Shown here: one piece after another, positions 1 to 9,245 of the stretch
Layout: the number at the start of each line of letters is the position of its first letter
How positions within the stretch are numbered: the stretch's first letter is position 1
Virus record (IMG/VR): IMGVR_UViG_3300050505_000515
Reading direction: 5' to 3' (one strand)
Length of the DNA stretch: 64,000 bases
DNA from: a virus
Notes under the pieces: model-generated
What the model was told of the DNA's origin: nothing
Database searches by the model: none
Seen by the model: only the letters and a program-made list of their open reading frames with translations
Made by a program: the position numbers and the translations under genes

Positions 1-2
1 CG

Positions 3-1964
3 ATGGGGCCTCTGCTGGTCTTCGCCGGCGCCGGCAGCGGCAAGACCAGCTCGGTCACGCACCGGACGGCGCGGCTCATGTCCGTCAGCGAGATCCCGCC
101 GGAGCGCATCCTGCTCGTGACCTTCACCAACAAGGCCGCGAACGAGATGAAGGAGCGCATGGTCCCGCTCGTCGGCAAGGACCGGACGAAGCGCCTCTGG
201 GCTGGCACCTTCCACTCCATCGGCGCGCGCATCCTCCGCGCCCACGCAGCCGAGGTCCACCGCCGCAAGGACTTCTCCATCTACGACGACTCCGACCAGG
301 AGATCGTCGTCAAGCAGATCGTGGCCGAGCTCCGGCTCGACAAGAAGTTCTGGTCGGCGGCGACGCTCGTCGAGCGGATCCAGAAGGCCAAGCAAAACGG
401 CTACGGGCCGGGCGACATCCCCGAGGTGGACGCCGAGACCGCCATCTTCCTCAGGATCTGGGAGCGCTACGAGGCGTGGCTCGCGAGCTGCAACGCGCTC
501 GACTTCGAGGACCTCATTCTCCTACCGATGCGCCTCAGCGAGTCGAGCTCCGACCTCGGCGCCAGGCTCCGGCATCTCTTCTCCCACGTGATGGTGGACG
601 AGTTCCAGGACACGAACGCGACCCAGTACCGGCTGATCAAGGCCCTGGCCACGAGCCGCAACCTCGCCGTCATCGGCGACGACGACCAGTGCATCTACAC
701 CTGGCGCGGCGCCAACATCGGCAACATCCGCGACTTCCAGAAGGAGTACCCGGACGCGACCGTGGTCAAGCTGGAGCAGAACTACCGCTCCACGAAGCGC
801 ATCGTCGCCTGCGCCCTCGGCGTCATCTCGAAGAGCAAGATGCGCGTCGCGAAGGAGCTCTGGACCGACAACGCCCCGGGCGAACCGGTCGAGGTGGTCG
901 AGGTCCCGACCGACCGCGACGAGGCCCGGTTCGTGGTCGCCCGGATGCGCTCGCTCGCCGCCGGCAAGACCCCGTACGCGGACATGACCGTGCTCTACCG
1001 CACGCACGCGCAGTCGCGCGCCATCGAGGACGAGCTCCGGGACAAGAGCGTGCCCTACCGCATCGTCGGCGGGCACCGGTTCTACGACCGGAAGGAGGTG
1101 AAGGACGTCCTCTCCTACCTCCGCCTCGTCTCCAACCCCGACTCCGACGTGGATCTGCTCCGGATCATCAACGTGCCCTCGCGCGGCATCGGCGCGACCA
1201 CGGTCAAGCGCCTCGGCGAGATCGCCGGCTCGCGCAACGTCGGGCTCTGGGCGGCCCTGCCCATCGCCGAGACCGCGCCCGAGATCGGCCGGAAGGAGCG
1301 GATGCAGATCCGCGGCTTCCGCGACTGCCTCACGGAGTTCGGGAAGACGAGGAGGGACGAGCCCCCGAGCGCGTTCTGCAACCGCCTGCTCCGCGGCGTC
1401 GGCTACTACCGGATGTGGGAGACCGAGCAGAAGGAGCTCGCCAAGGAGGGCAAGCTCCGCGAAGCCGACGACGCCGGCGAGCGCCTCCGCAACGTGAGCG
1501 AGGTCGTCTCCGCCATCGCGTCGTACGAGGCCCGGGCGGCCGAGGAAGGCTACGAGGCGAGCCTTGACGGGTACCTGCAGATGGTGTCGCTCGCCTCCGA
1601 TGAGGCCAAGGACGAGACGGTCCAGAAGGTCGCGCTCATGACGGTGCACGCCGCCAAGGGGCTGGAGTTTGGCTACGTCTGGATCGTCGGCATGGAGGAA
1701 GGGCGCTTCCCGCTCGGCGCCGTCGACACCGACCCGATCGCGCTCGAAGAGGAGCGCCGGCTCGGCTACGTCGCCATCACCCGGGCGAAGAAGCGGCTCT
1801 GGGTGACGTATGCGCGCAGCCGCTTCGTCCGTGGCAAGCCCGAGATTTGCGGGCCGAGCCGGTTTCTCTTCGACATGCCCGGCGAGGTCGAGCGGAGCGA
1901 CGTCTACGCCTACGAGGCACGCGAGCGCGACCGGCTCATGCAGCGCCGCGCGGAGCAGTTTTGA
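3..1964 (+). CDS. uvrD: UvrD/PcrA-family SF1 DNA helicase (true start probably upstream of window)
   Basis: GAGSGKT, TFTNKAA, VDEFQDTN, GDDDQCIYTWRGA, LEQNYRST, TVHAAKGLEF, EEERRLGYVAITRAK motifs. Confidence 0.95.
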   Translation: MGPLLVFAGAGSGKTSSVTHRTARLMSVSEIPPERILLVTFTNKAANEMKERMVPLVGKDRTKRLWAGTFHSIGARILRAHAAEVHRRKDFSIYDDSDQEIVVKQIVAELRLDKKFWSAATLVERIQKAKQNGYGPGDIPEVDAETAIFLRIWERYEAWLASCNALDFEDLILLPMRLSESSSDLGARLRHLFSHVMVDEFQDTNATQYRLIKALATSRNLAVIGDDDQCIYTWRGANIGNIRDFQKEYPDATVVKLEQNYRSTKRIVACALGVISKSKMRVAKELWTDNAPGEPVEVVEVPTDRDEARFVVARMRSLAAGKTPYADMTVLYRTHAQSRAIEDELRDKSVPYRIVGGHRFYDRKEVKDVLSYLRLVSNPDSDVDLLRIINVPSRGIGATTVKRLGEIAGSRNVGLWAALPIAETAPEIGRKERMQIRGFRDCLTEFGKTRRDEPPSAFCNRLLRGVGYYRMWETEQKELAKEGKLREADDAGERLRNVSEVVSAIASYEARAAEEGYEASLDGYLQMVSLASDEAKDETVQKVALMTVHAAKGLEFGYVWIVGMEEGRFPLGAVDTDPIALEEERRLGYVAITRAKKRLWVTYARSRFVRGKPEICGPSRFLFDMPGEVERSDVYAYEARERDRLMQRRAEQF

Positions 1965-1983
1965 AGTGGGATGGAGGAAGAGG

Positions 1984-2301
1984 ATGAAGGTAAGGATGGT
2001 GGTGGTGCGGCCTGGCGCGGAGCCAGTGGCGGAGGACGTGGCCGGTTTCCAGGGCGTGAAGCAGCTCCTCGGCGGCGCCCACCTAGAGCGCATCCGGTTC
2101 GGGCCCTACGACGTCCTCTGCGACGAGGACGGCCTCCGCAAGCAGCTCCCCAACAACCGCGGCGGCCTCGTCGGGATCTTCGTCGTGACGCACCTGACCG
2201 ACCCGGACCTCACGCCGCTGACCGACGCCGAGGTGGCAGAGGTGCTGGCCGCCATGGCGGCCCCGTGGGTGCCGATCACGGAGGCCTCCGGCCACGCGTG
2301 A
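1984..2301 (+). CDS. DUF3846-like phage protein
   Basis: VVVRPG...LCDEDG.RKQLPNNR..LVGIFVV..LTD pattern; ATG after purine-rich SD. Confidence 0.55.
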   Translation: MKVRMVVVRPGAEPVAEDVAGFQGVKQLLGGAHLERIRFGPYDVLCDEDGLRKQLPNNRGGLVGIFVVTHLTDPDLTPLTDAEVAEVLAAMAAPWVPITEASGHA

Positions 2302-2381
2302 CCCTGGCCACTCAGTGGAAGAATAAAAAGTGTGCACGAAGCGTCTGGATCTGGCCCATGGCGAGACGAGGAGAGCAAGCC

Positions 2382-2555
2382 ATGAACGAAACGACGATGG
2401 CGAAGATCGACGCGTGGCGCGCAATTCTGGCCTGGGCTCAAGCACAGAACCAGAAGTACGCCGCCCAGAACTACCAGGGGTCGGTGCAGCTCTTGCTGCG
2501 GGACCTCGTGGCGGACGTCGAGAGAAACATCCTGGAGGAGATCCGGAAGCCATGA
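2382..2555 (+). CDS. hypothetical protein (57 aa)
   Basis: SD GAGGAG; stop overlaps next ATG. Confidence 0.5.
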   Translation: MNETTMAKIDAWRAILAWAQAQNQKYAAQNYQGSVQLLLRDLVADVERNILEEIRKP

Positions 2556-3352
2556 TCACGACGCGAAGCCAGCGCTGGCGCGAGCGCAGACAGTACTTCC
2601 GTCCGGCCGGAGAGCTCATCGACCCGCGCGACTACGAGACAGCGGCGATCGAGGGTGACGGGGCCGACACGATCGCGCGCCGGTTCATCGAGACGCACCA
2701 CTACGAGCACAGCTACGTCGCTGCTCGTCGGCGCTTCGGCTTCTACCACAAGAGCGGCGAGCTCGTCGGCGTGGCCGTGTTCGCGCATCCGGCGCGCGAC
2801 TGCGTGCTCACCAACGTCTTCCCGGGCGAGGCGATCGAGAGCTTGCTCCTCGGCCGCCTCGTCCTGCTCGACAGCGTGAAGGGCAACGGCGAGACCCGGT
2901 TCCTCAGCCAGGCGTTCAAGATGCTGCGCCGGGACGGCTTCATCGGCGTCCGGTCGTTTTCGGACCCGTTCCCGCGCACCGACGAGGAGGGGCGCACCAT
3001 CTTCAAGGGCCACATCGGCGGCATCTACCAGGCGTTCTCGGCCATCTACCTCGGCCGGGCGCGCAAGGACACGATGCGCCTGCTCCCGGACGGCCAGGTC
3101 CTGCACGGCCGCGCGCTCGCCAAGATCAAGAAGCGCGACCGCGGCTACCTCGGCCACGTCGAGACGCTGGAGCGCTTCGGCGCCGCGCCGCTCCGTCCCG
3201 AGGACGACGCCGAGGCCTGGGCCGAGCACTGGGCCGCGCGCCTGACGCGCAAGCTCCGCCACCCTGGTAACCACGACTACGCCTGGGGCCTCACCGCGCA
3301 GGTGCGCCGGCACCTGCCCGAGTCCAAGCCCTACCCGAAGCTGGCGGCGTGA
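2552..3352 (+). CDS. Mom-like (phage Mu Mom, GNAT-fold) DNA modification protein
   Basis: FIETHHY, LVGVAVF..P, LGRLVLLD.V.GN.E, SFSDP, GHIGGIYQA motifs. Confidence 0.78.
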   Translation: MITTRSQRWRERRQYFRPAGELIDPRDYETAAIEGDGADTIARRFIETHHYEHSYVAARRRFGFYHKSGELVGVAVFAHPARDCVLTNVFPGEAIESLLLGRLVLLDSVKGNGETRFLSQAFKMLRRDGFIGVRSFSDPFPRTDEEGRTIFKGHIGGIYQAFSAIYLGRARKDTMRLLPDGQVLHGRALAKIKKRDRGYLGHVETLERFGAAPLRPEDDAEAWAEHWAARLTRKLRHPGNHDYAWGLTAQVRRHLPESKPYPKLAA

Positions 3353-3606
3353 TGGCGGACATGACCTGGCGCGACACGGTGGCGATGCACGTGCTCTGCA
3401 CCCTCATCCCGCAGAAGGGCAACGACGCGGACGAGTACGAGGACCTCGCCTGCCTCTACGCCGAGGACCTGGCCAAGGCTGCGTGCAAGCGGTGGGGCCA
3501 TCGGTCGGAGCTCGTCAAGCACGGAGAGACGTCGAGCACGTGGGGTTACCACTGCGTGCGCTGCGGCGCTGATCTCAGTCCACGACGAAGAAAGAGCAAG
3601 AAATGA
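3352..3606 (+). CDS. hypothetical protein with CxxC
   Basis: coupled to both neighbours; HCVRCG. Confidence 0.5.
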   Translation: MADMTWRDTVAMHVLCTLIPQKGNDADEYEDLACLYAEDLAKAACKRWGHRSELVKHGETSSTWGYHCVRCGADLSPRRRKSKK

Positions 3607-4088
3607 GGATGCTCACCGCGATCGAACACGAAGTGCTGGTGGCGCAGCTCGCCTCCCTCCGGCCCGAGGTCGCCGCGTTCGCGCTGGCCATGGAAGACAA
3701 GCTCCGCCAGAACGACCACAAGGGCGGCTGGGACGACTGCTCGAAGCAGTACATGGCGATGCGCCTGACCCAGGAGCGCGAGGAGCTCCGGGACGCGATC
3801 GCGCGCGGCGCCCCGCCCGAGGAGATCCTGAAGGAAGCAGCCGACGTCGCCAACTTCGCCATGATGGTGGCCGATCTCGTGGGCGGCCTCGGCGCGGTCG
3901 TCGTCGCGCCGAACGACCGCCCGCCGCCAATCCGGCCGGCGTCGTATGTGGAGACGCAGCGCATCGAGCCCAAGCTCCGGTGGAAGAAGCTCTCGGTCGC
4001 CGAACGCATCGCTCTGCGCGACGAGCACCGCGGGCTGAGCGAGCACGAACTCAGCGAGGCGCACTGGGTCCCGAAGAAGACCACGTGA
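3603..4088 (+). CDS. MazG-like nucleotide pyrophosphohydrolase-domain protein
   Basis: AMEDKLRQNDHKGGW...EREEL...EAADVANFAMM. Confidence 0.6.
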   Translation: MRMLTAIEHEVLVAQLASLRPEVAAFALAMEDKLRQNDHKGGWDDCSKQYMAMRLTQEREELRDAIARGAPPEEILKEAADVANFAMMVADLVGGLGAVVVAPNDRPPPIRPASYVETQRIEPKLRWKKLSVAERIALRDEHRGLSEHELSEAHWVPKKTT

Positions 4089-6334
4089 AGGCGCTCCCGG
4101 ACGGCATCTCGCTCGTCTCCGCGGCGTCGGAGACGGCGCCGGAGGAGCGGCGCGAGGTCGAGACCGGGCAGTGGTACTGGGTGACGCCGGAGGATTCCTT
4201 CGACATCGAAGGCAAGGCGGTCACCGCGCCCTACTTCGCGTGCGTCGTCCACATCGGCTCTAACTTCGTCGAGCTCCAGCCGCCGGGCAAGCATGCCTCG
4301 TCCGAGCGCATCCACACCGACGTCTTCTGGGACCGCGTCCGCTTCGAGCCCGACCCGGACGGCGTCATCCGGCAGCACACCTCGCACTACAAGGCGGAGG
4401 TCAAGCAGCTGCTCGCGCGCGTCCAGGCGGTCACGGCTGCGCTCGCGGTCGGACCGTCGCGGGAGCTCCGGGCCGGCGGCGAGACGGCCGCGCTCTCGCT
4501 CCGGCAGAGCGAGCAGTCGATGGACGACTACGGCAAGGCGCTCGTGACGGCCAAGAAGGATCTCCTGCCCGAGCTCTTCCAGGAGATCAAGCACGCCAAC
4601 GCGGCGCTGGCGAAGTGGATGCTGGCGCCGGCGATCCCGCTACGGGCCGAGGCCGAGAGCCACCAGGCCGTGATCGAGCAGATCGACGACCGCATCTTCT
4701 CGGTGGAGCTCTACGCGGGCCTGGTCGAGAAGGTCGAGCGCGTGAAGGACGGCGAGCCCGCGGCGATGGGAGACAAGATCCACATCATGCAGAGGCTCTG
4801 CTACATGGACGAGGAATGCCTCGCCCAGTACGAGACGGGCGGGATGGACTACAAGGGCATCGAGGACTTCGATGCGTGGCTCGCGAAGGAGAGCAACCTC
4901 CGGCGCCTCTTGCCGCACCCGCGCTCGGTCGTCTCGTTCCGGGTCCGGCGCGATCCCAAGGAGCGCGAGCTCGTCAACATCAGCGACTACTTCCGGATCG
5001 TGGCGGAGCGGGACCTCGACAAGCAGACGTTCCTCTACATCCGAAACGGCGGCGAGCTCTGGCGTCTCAAGACCGCGATCGAGTTCGGGGCGCGCCTGTT
5101 CCCCGACATGGCGCGTGGACCGAAGCGGGGCAAGCTCTGGGCAAAGCACTTCGGGCATCGCTTCCGCGACAACGAGGACGAGATCATCACCGACGACGAG
5201 TACCAGGCCATCGTCCGGGAGTGGAAGGAAGAGAAGAAGAAGACCCCGAAGGCGGATCGGTGGCACCTCCGGAGCGACCCGCGGCGCGAGTACGAGCCCT
5301 ACGACCAGGCGAGCGTCTACGCCGACGACATCGGCAAGAAGATCGCGCACCAGCACCGCGCCCAGAACCGGATCGCCCTCATCCTGCAAGGACTGCTCGA
5401 CCGCTCGCCGGTCTTTCACCCGCACCCGCCGTGGCAGATCTGGACCGAGGACGGCTACGAGGCCGCGTTCGAGCTCTGCTACGACGAGGCCCGCGCGCTC
5501 GTCGCCGGCGAGCGGCCCGACTTCGAGGCCTACCGGGCGCGCTGCAACGCGTCGCTCAAGAAAGGCGCCGTCACCGTGGGCCAGGAGTACGCCTGGCTCC
5601 GTGAGGAGGGCCGGAAGGAGTCGCGTCGGCTCGACCGCGACTGGAGAAACAAGAGCCACTACCGGCCGAGGATACACCAGCCATACGGCAACCCGGGGCC
5701 CGGCAAGCTCGCCAAGGTGAGCGAGTGGAGCCCGAGGTCAGGCGCGGTCGGCTACGCCTGGAACCGAGATCGCCAGGACTGGCGCTCCGAGAAGAGGGAG
5801 CCGATCCGGACGACGTTTTCGTGCAAGGCGGACAAGGTCCTCTGCGTCGACGGGTACAAGCCGGGCGACTTCCGGATCTTCTTCAACGACCCGCGCACGC
5901 GCTCCGAGTATCTCAAGTGGGCGCCGCTGCTCCTGGAGGCGGAGGAGTACCACGCCGGCAACCGCACGGCCAAGGAGCCGGTAGCGCCGTCGCCGAAGCA
6001 GAGCTCCTCGTACGAAGGCCAGATCCGCTACGAGCGCGCGCAGCGACGCAAGACCTTCATGAAGAAGGCCGTCCGGCTGCGCGAGGACACGCGGCTCAAG
6101 AACGGCACCATGCACAAGAAGGGCACGCTCTGGCGCGTGACTGAGGCCGAGCGCGGAGGCACGTTCGTGATCGTCGGCATCAGCGACGACGGCGCCTTCG
6201 AGAGCGACCATCGGGCCATCCGCGGCATGAGCTACCGCGACCTCTCGATCGACTCGGACATCCCGGCCGACCCGGACGAGGTGAAGAGGGCGAAGAGGAA
6301 GCCGCCCCCGGACGAGGACGACGACGATACGTGA
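4085..6334 (+). CDS. large hypothetical protein (about 750 aa) with coiled-coil N-terminal part
   Basis: long ORF, G/C-ending codons, GTG start overlapping upstream TGA. Confidence 0.8.
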   Translation: MKALPDGISLVSAASETAPEERREVETGQWYWVTPEDSFDIEGKAVTAPYFACVVHIGSNFVELQPPGKHASSERIHTDVFWDRVRFEPDPDGVIRQHTSHYKAEVKQLLARVQAVTAALAVGPSRELRAGGETAALSLRQSEQSMDDYGKALVTAKKDLLPELFQEIKHANAALAKWMLAPAIPLRAEAESHQAVIEQIDDRIFSVELYAGLVEKVERVKDGEPAAMGDKIHIMQRLCYMDEECLAQYETGGMDYKGIEDFDAWLAKESNLRRLLPHPRSVVSFRVRRDPKERELVNISDYFRIVAERDLDKQTFLYIRNGGELWRLKTAIEFGARLFPDMARGPKRGKLWAKHFGHRFRDNEDEIITDDEYQAIVREWKEEKKKTPKADRWHLRSDPRREYEPYDQASVYADDIGKKIAHQHRAQNRIALILQGLLDRSPVFHPHPPWQIWTEDGYEAAFELCYDEARALVAGERPDFEAYRARCNASLKKGAVTVGQEYAWLREEGRKESRRLDRDWRNKSHYRPRIHQPYGNPGPGKLAKVSEWSPRSGAVGYAWNRDRQDWRSEKREPIRTTFSCKADKVLCVDGYKPGDFRIFFNDPRTRSEYLKWAPLLLEAEEYHAGNRTAKEPVAPSPKQSSSYEGQIRYERAQRRKTFMKKAVRLREDTRLKNGTMHKKGTLWRVTEAERGGTFVIVGISDDGAFESDHRAIRGMSYRDLSIDSDIPADPDEVKRAKRKPPPDEDDDDT

Positions 6335-6399
6335 CCAGCTGTCCCGTGACCAGGCGCCCAGGGGTGCCGGGCGAGCAGGCTCCGTGGTAGCCTTCCGGC

Positions 6400-6819
6400 A
6401 TGCAGGGTGGTCGCATCCAGGCCAACGGCGGCGTGGTCGAGGGGGGCTGGTTCGTCTTCGATCCGGACGTGCTCGCCACGCTCCGGGCCGCCCACGGACC
6501 CGGCGTGCCGGCGCGCGTGCACGTCAGGCCCTACCGCTGGTGCAACCCGACGCCGCCGTTCGCGCCGACGCTCGGCGGTCACCACGAGCCCGGGGTCGGC
6601 TACTGCGAGCCGGGCGGCATGCGTCCGGAGTGGGACTCGACCTGGCGTGACGCGCCGTGGAGGCAGGCGCCGCGCTGGAATCCGCCGGCGCCGGCGCGGA
6701 GCGGGGTCGGGGCCTTCCCCGAAAAGGTCGACGTGGTGCTCACCCTTGGCCTCTTCGCGGTCCTCGCGGCCGTGATCTGGGCCTACCAGAAGCCGGAAGG
6801 TGGTCATGTCGCTCGCTGA
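6400..6819 (+). CDS. protein with C-terminal TM helix
   Basis: VVLTLGLFAVLAAVIWAYQK; TAGCCT 6 nt before ATG. Confidence 0.55.
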   Translation: MQGGRIQANGGVVEGGWFVFDPDVLATLRAAHGPGVPARVHVRPYRWCNPTPPFAPTLGGHHEPGVGYCEPGGMRPEWDSTWRDAPWRQAPRWNPPAPARSGVGAFPEKVDVVLTLGLFAVLAAVIWAYQKPEGGHVAR

Positions 6820-7990
6820 GGTCGTAGGCTGCGCCCCGTTCCGTCTGACTGCGCCTCGGGCGCTCACGCCGTACGAATGGGCGGTCGTCGAGACCGCGCT
6901 CGGCCGCGCCATGAGCCAGAAGGCGTTCGGGCTCGGCACGACGGACGAGCCCCGCCAGCTCCGGATGGCGATGCAGGTGCAGCCGTGCACGGCGTGGAAG
7001 ACCAGCCTCTTCGGACCGCCGCCGTCGGTCGCGACCTACTGGTACAAGTGCTTCGCCACCTGGTACGCCGGCTTCGACCCGGTGACGCGGATGAAGATCC
7101 GCGCGGACGTCGGCGGCGGCCTGCTCTGCGGCAGCTCCGGCGCGCCCTGGGCGAGCTGCACCCCGGAGAGCCGCGGCGCCGGCCCGGCCGACCTCTGGGA
7201 AGGCGGCCCGCAGATCGTCGAGCCCGCCATGGGCTTCCCGAGCAACGAAGCGTGCGCGCTCCTCCGCGACCGGACCATGTACACGCCCGTCCGCGGCAAG
7301 GACCTCGTGAAGATGCTCCAGTTCCTCGGTCCGGCGGGTCAGCTCCCGCCGGGCCTGCTCCAGATGGCGCAAGCCGCGCCCGCGCTCTTCCTCGACAAGG
7401 ACTTCCTCCTCGGCGTGCAGGCGAAGAAGGACATCTCGGCCGCCGTGCTCGGCGGCGGCCTCGCGCCGGATCTGCCAGGCCTCGCGCTCCAGACGCTCGA
7501 AGAGGTCGCGCTCATCTGGGCGCCGGGGCAGGGCGCGTCGCTCCTCGAATTCTTCAGCGGCAAGATCGACGCGGCCAAGCTGATGGCGCTGCTCACGAAG
7601 ATGAGCCCGGACATGCTCGGCACGCTCGCGAGCTCGCTCCCGGGGATCCTCCAGTCGCTCCCCGGCCTCGCGGCGCAGTACGGGCCGTCCATGGGCGACA
7701 TCTTCGGCGCTGCCACGCAGATGATCCCGCAGCTCCTGACGGGCCTCCAGGGCTTCGCCGGCGCGAGCTCCCAGGGCGCGTCGCAGCCGGGCACGCGGCC
7801 TACGACGGGCCTCACCGTGATCGACCAGCCCGGCCCCGCGCTCGCGGGCAGGACCGCGCCGCCGCTCCCGGCCGGGACGCCTACGGTGTCGCTCCCGGTC
7901 GCGAGCGACCAGAAGTCGCTCCTCTGGATCGCCGGTGCGGCGCTCGCCGCGATCGCGCTCGTCGTGGTCGTCGCGAAGGCGTCGGACTGA
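6806..7990 (+). CDS. membrane-anchored protein (Pro-rich linker, C-terminal TM)
   Basis: LLWIAGAALAAIALVVVVAK C-terminus; SD GGAAGG. Confidence 0.7.
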   Translation: MSLAEVVGCAPFRLTAPRALTPYEWAVVETALGRAMSQKAFGLGTTDEPRQLRMAMQVQPCTAWKTSLFGPPPSVATYWYKCFATWYAGFDPVTRMKIRADVGGGLLCGSSGAPWASCTPESRGAGPADLWEGGPQIVEPAMGFPSNEACALLRDRTMYTPVRGKDLVKMLQFLGPAGQLPPGLLQMAQAAPALFLDKDFLLGVQAKKDISAAVLGGGLAPDLPGLALQTLEEVALIWAPGQGASLLEFFSGKIDAAKLMALLTKMSPDMLGTLASSLPGILQSLPGLAAQYGPSMGDIFGAATQMIPQLLTGLQGFAGASSQGASQPGTRPTTGLTVIDQPGPALAGRTAPPLPAGTPTVSLPVASDQKSLLWIAGAALAAIALVVVVAKASD

Positions 7991-8003
7991 TCGAGGCACC
8001 TCG

Positions 8004-8642
8004 GTGGACACGGCGCTCCCGCTCCCCTCCTGGCCATCGCCGCCGGAGCCGTTCGCGGTGAGCGACCTGGAGACCGGGTGCGACTACCCGGACGAGAAGC
8101 CGGGCACGCAGGCGCTCCGGAGCTTCGTGATGACGCACCTCGGGGGCGCCGACCTCGGCATCACCCGACCCTGCGACAAGGGCGGCAAGAGCGAGCACAA
8201 GCGCGGCCGCGCCTGGGACTGGGGCATGCGCGCGGACGACGCCGAGGAGAGCGCCAAGGTCGGGGCCCTGCTCGACTGGCTCCTTGCCCCGGGCCCCACC
8301 GGAGAGCCGGCGGAGATGTTCCGGCGGATGGGGCTCATGTACGTGATCTGGAACCGCAAGGTGTGGAGCACGCTCTTCAAGGAGTGGCGCGACTACACCG
8401 GGGCCGATCCGCACACGGGACATGTGCACTTCTCCCTCTCCTGGCCAGGGGCGCTCGGCGAGACCAGCTTCTTCCGCTGGCTCCGCGGCGACGACACGGC
8501 ACCTGTCCCGCCGCCGACCCCACTGCCGCCTCCATTGCCGGTGCACGCGCCGGCGCCGGCGGGGCACTGGGCCGTGCTCCTTCTCGCCGCGGCCGCCGGC
8601 TATGCGGCCGTGCGTGCGCTCCGGGGGCGGAGGGGGACCTAG
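8004..8642 (+). CDS. M15/Hedgehog-DD-peptidase-fold zinc peptidase with C-terminal TM
   Basis: SEHKRGRAWD and HTGHVHFS motifs; poly-Pro linker; WAVLLLAAAAGYAAVRALRGRR. Confidence 0.7.
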   Translation: MDTALPLPSWPSPPEPFAVSDLETGCDYPDEKPGTQALRSFVMTHLGGADLGITRPCDKGGKSEHKRGRAWDWGMRADDAEESAKVGALLDWLLAPGPTGEPAEMFRRMGLMYVIWNRKVWSTLFKEWRDYTGADPHTGHVHFSLSWPGALGETSFFRWLRGDDTAPVPPPTPLPPPLPVHAPAPAGHWAVLLLAAAAGYAAVRALRGRRGT

Positions 8643-8646
8643 CAGC

Positions 8647-8895
8647 ATGCCCTGGTCGACCACGTCGCCCATGTGGAAGATCTCCGCCGACGACATCGTG
8701 AAGATGCTCCGCGGCGACACGACCGCCGCCGCCGACATGCTGCGCCGCCGCGCTCAGGCCTTGCTCGACGAGATCAACAAGTGGTCGAAGGATCACCCGC
8801 CGACCGACGACCAGAGGAAGGACGTGATCGCCAGGATCATGACCCTCTACCGCGAGACCCACGAGCACGTGGCGCGCGTCCGGCAGAAGCCCTGA
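8647..8895 (+). CDS. hypothetical helical protein
   Basis: follows upstream stop; typical codon usage. Confidence 0.5.
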   Translation: MPWSTTSPMWKISADDIVKMLRGDTTAAADMLRRRAQALLDEINKWSKDHPPTDDQRKDVIARIMTLYRETHEHVARVRQKP

Positions 8896-9058
8896 TGGCC
8901 TCGCGCACGGCTCGGCCGCGGCCGAGCTCGCCGCGGTCTTCAAGGCGCTCGGCGAGGACTTCGAGCGGGCCGACGCGGCTCCTCTTGCCGAGGCAGGCGT
9001 TGCAGACGTCGTAGGGGAATGCGGCGGGGGCTCCGCACGGGCACGTGGCGCTCTCCAT
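8837..9058 (-). CDS. small putative Zn-binding protein
   Basis: CPCG...CNAC; overlaps the convergent gene's tail. Confidence 0.35.
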   Translation of the reverse strand: MESATCPCGAPAAFPYDVCNACLGKRSRVGPLEVLAERLEDRGELGRGRAVREAIRASAGRAPRARGSRGRGS

Positions 9059-9132
9059 GAGAGGTATTCGCGGTCCGAGGGCGAAGTTCGACAGCGGGAG
9101 GTCGATTTAGGGACGAGCGGCGGCGTGTTTCA

Positions 9133-9225
9133 TGGACGCATCACCTCGCCGTACTGGGCTCTCCCCAGCCACCATGCGCCGAACCGCTCGTGCTCAGCGA
9201 GCCTACCACGATCGGATGGCGTCCA
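9133..9225 (-). ncRNA. possible second structured RNA
   Basis: TGGACGC[C]ATC pairs with GATGCGTCCA (bulged C); internal hairpins GCTCG-7-CGAGC and CTGGG-5-CCCAG. Confidence 0.35.
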
Positions 9226-9245
9226 CTCCTCCAGCCCACGAGGGG

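Noticed and set aside
2299-2385. Read-through of TGA 2299, ending at an ATGA overlap
   Set aside because: The extension uses AT-rich codons (AGA ATA AAA AGT), has no SECIS-like loop and looks like promoter sequence; the overlap alone has about a 1-in-3 chance.
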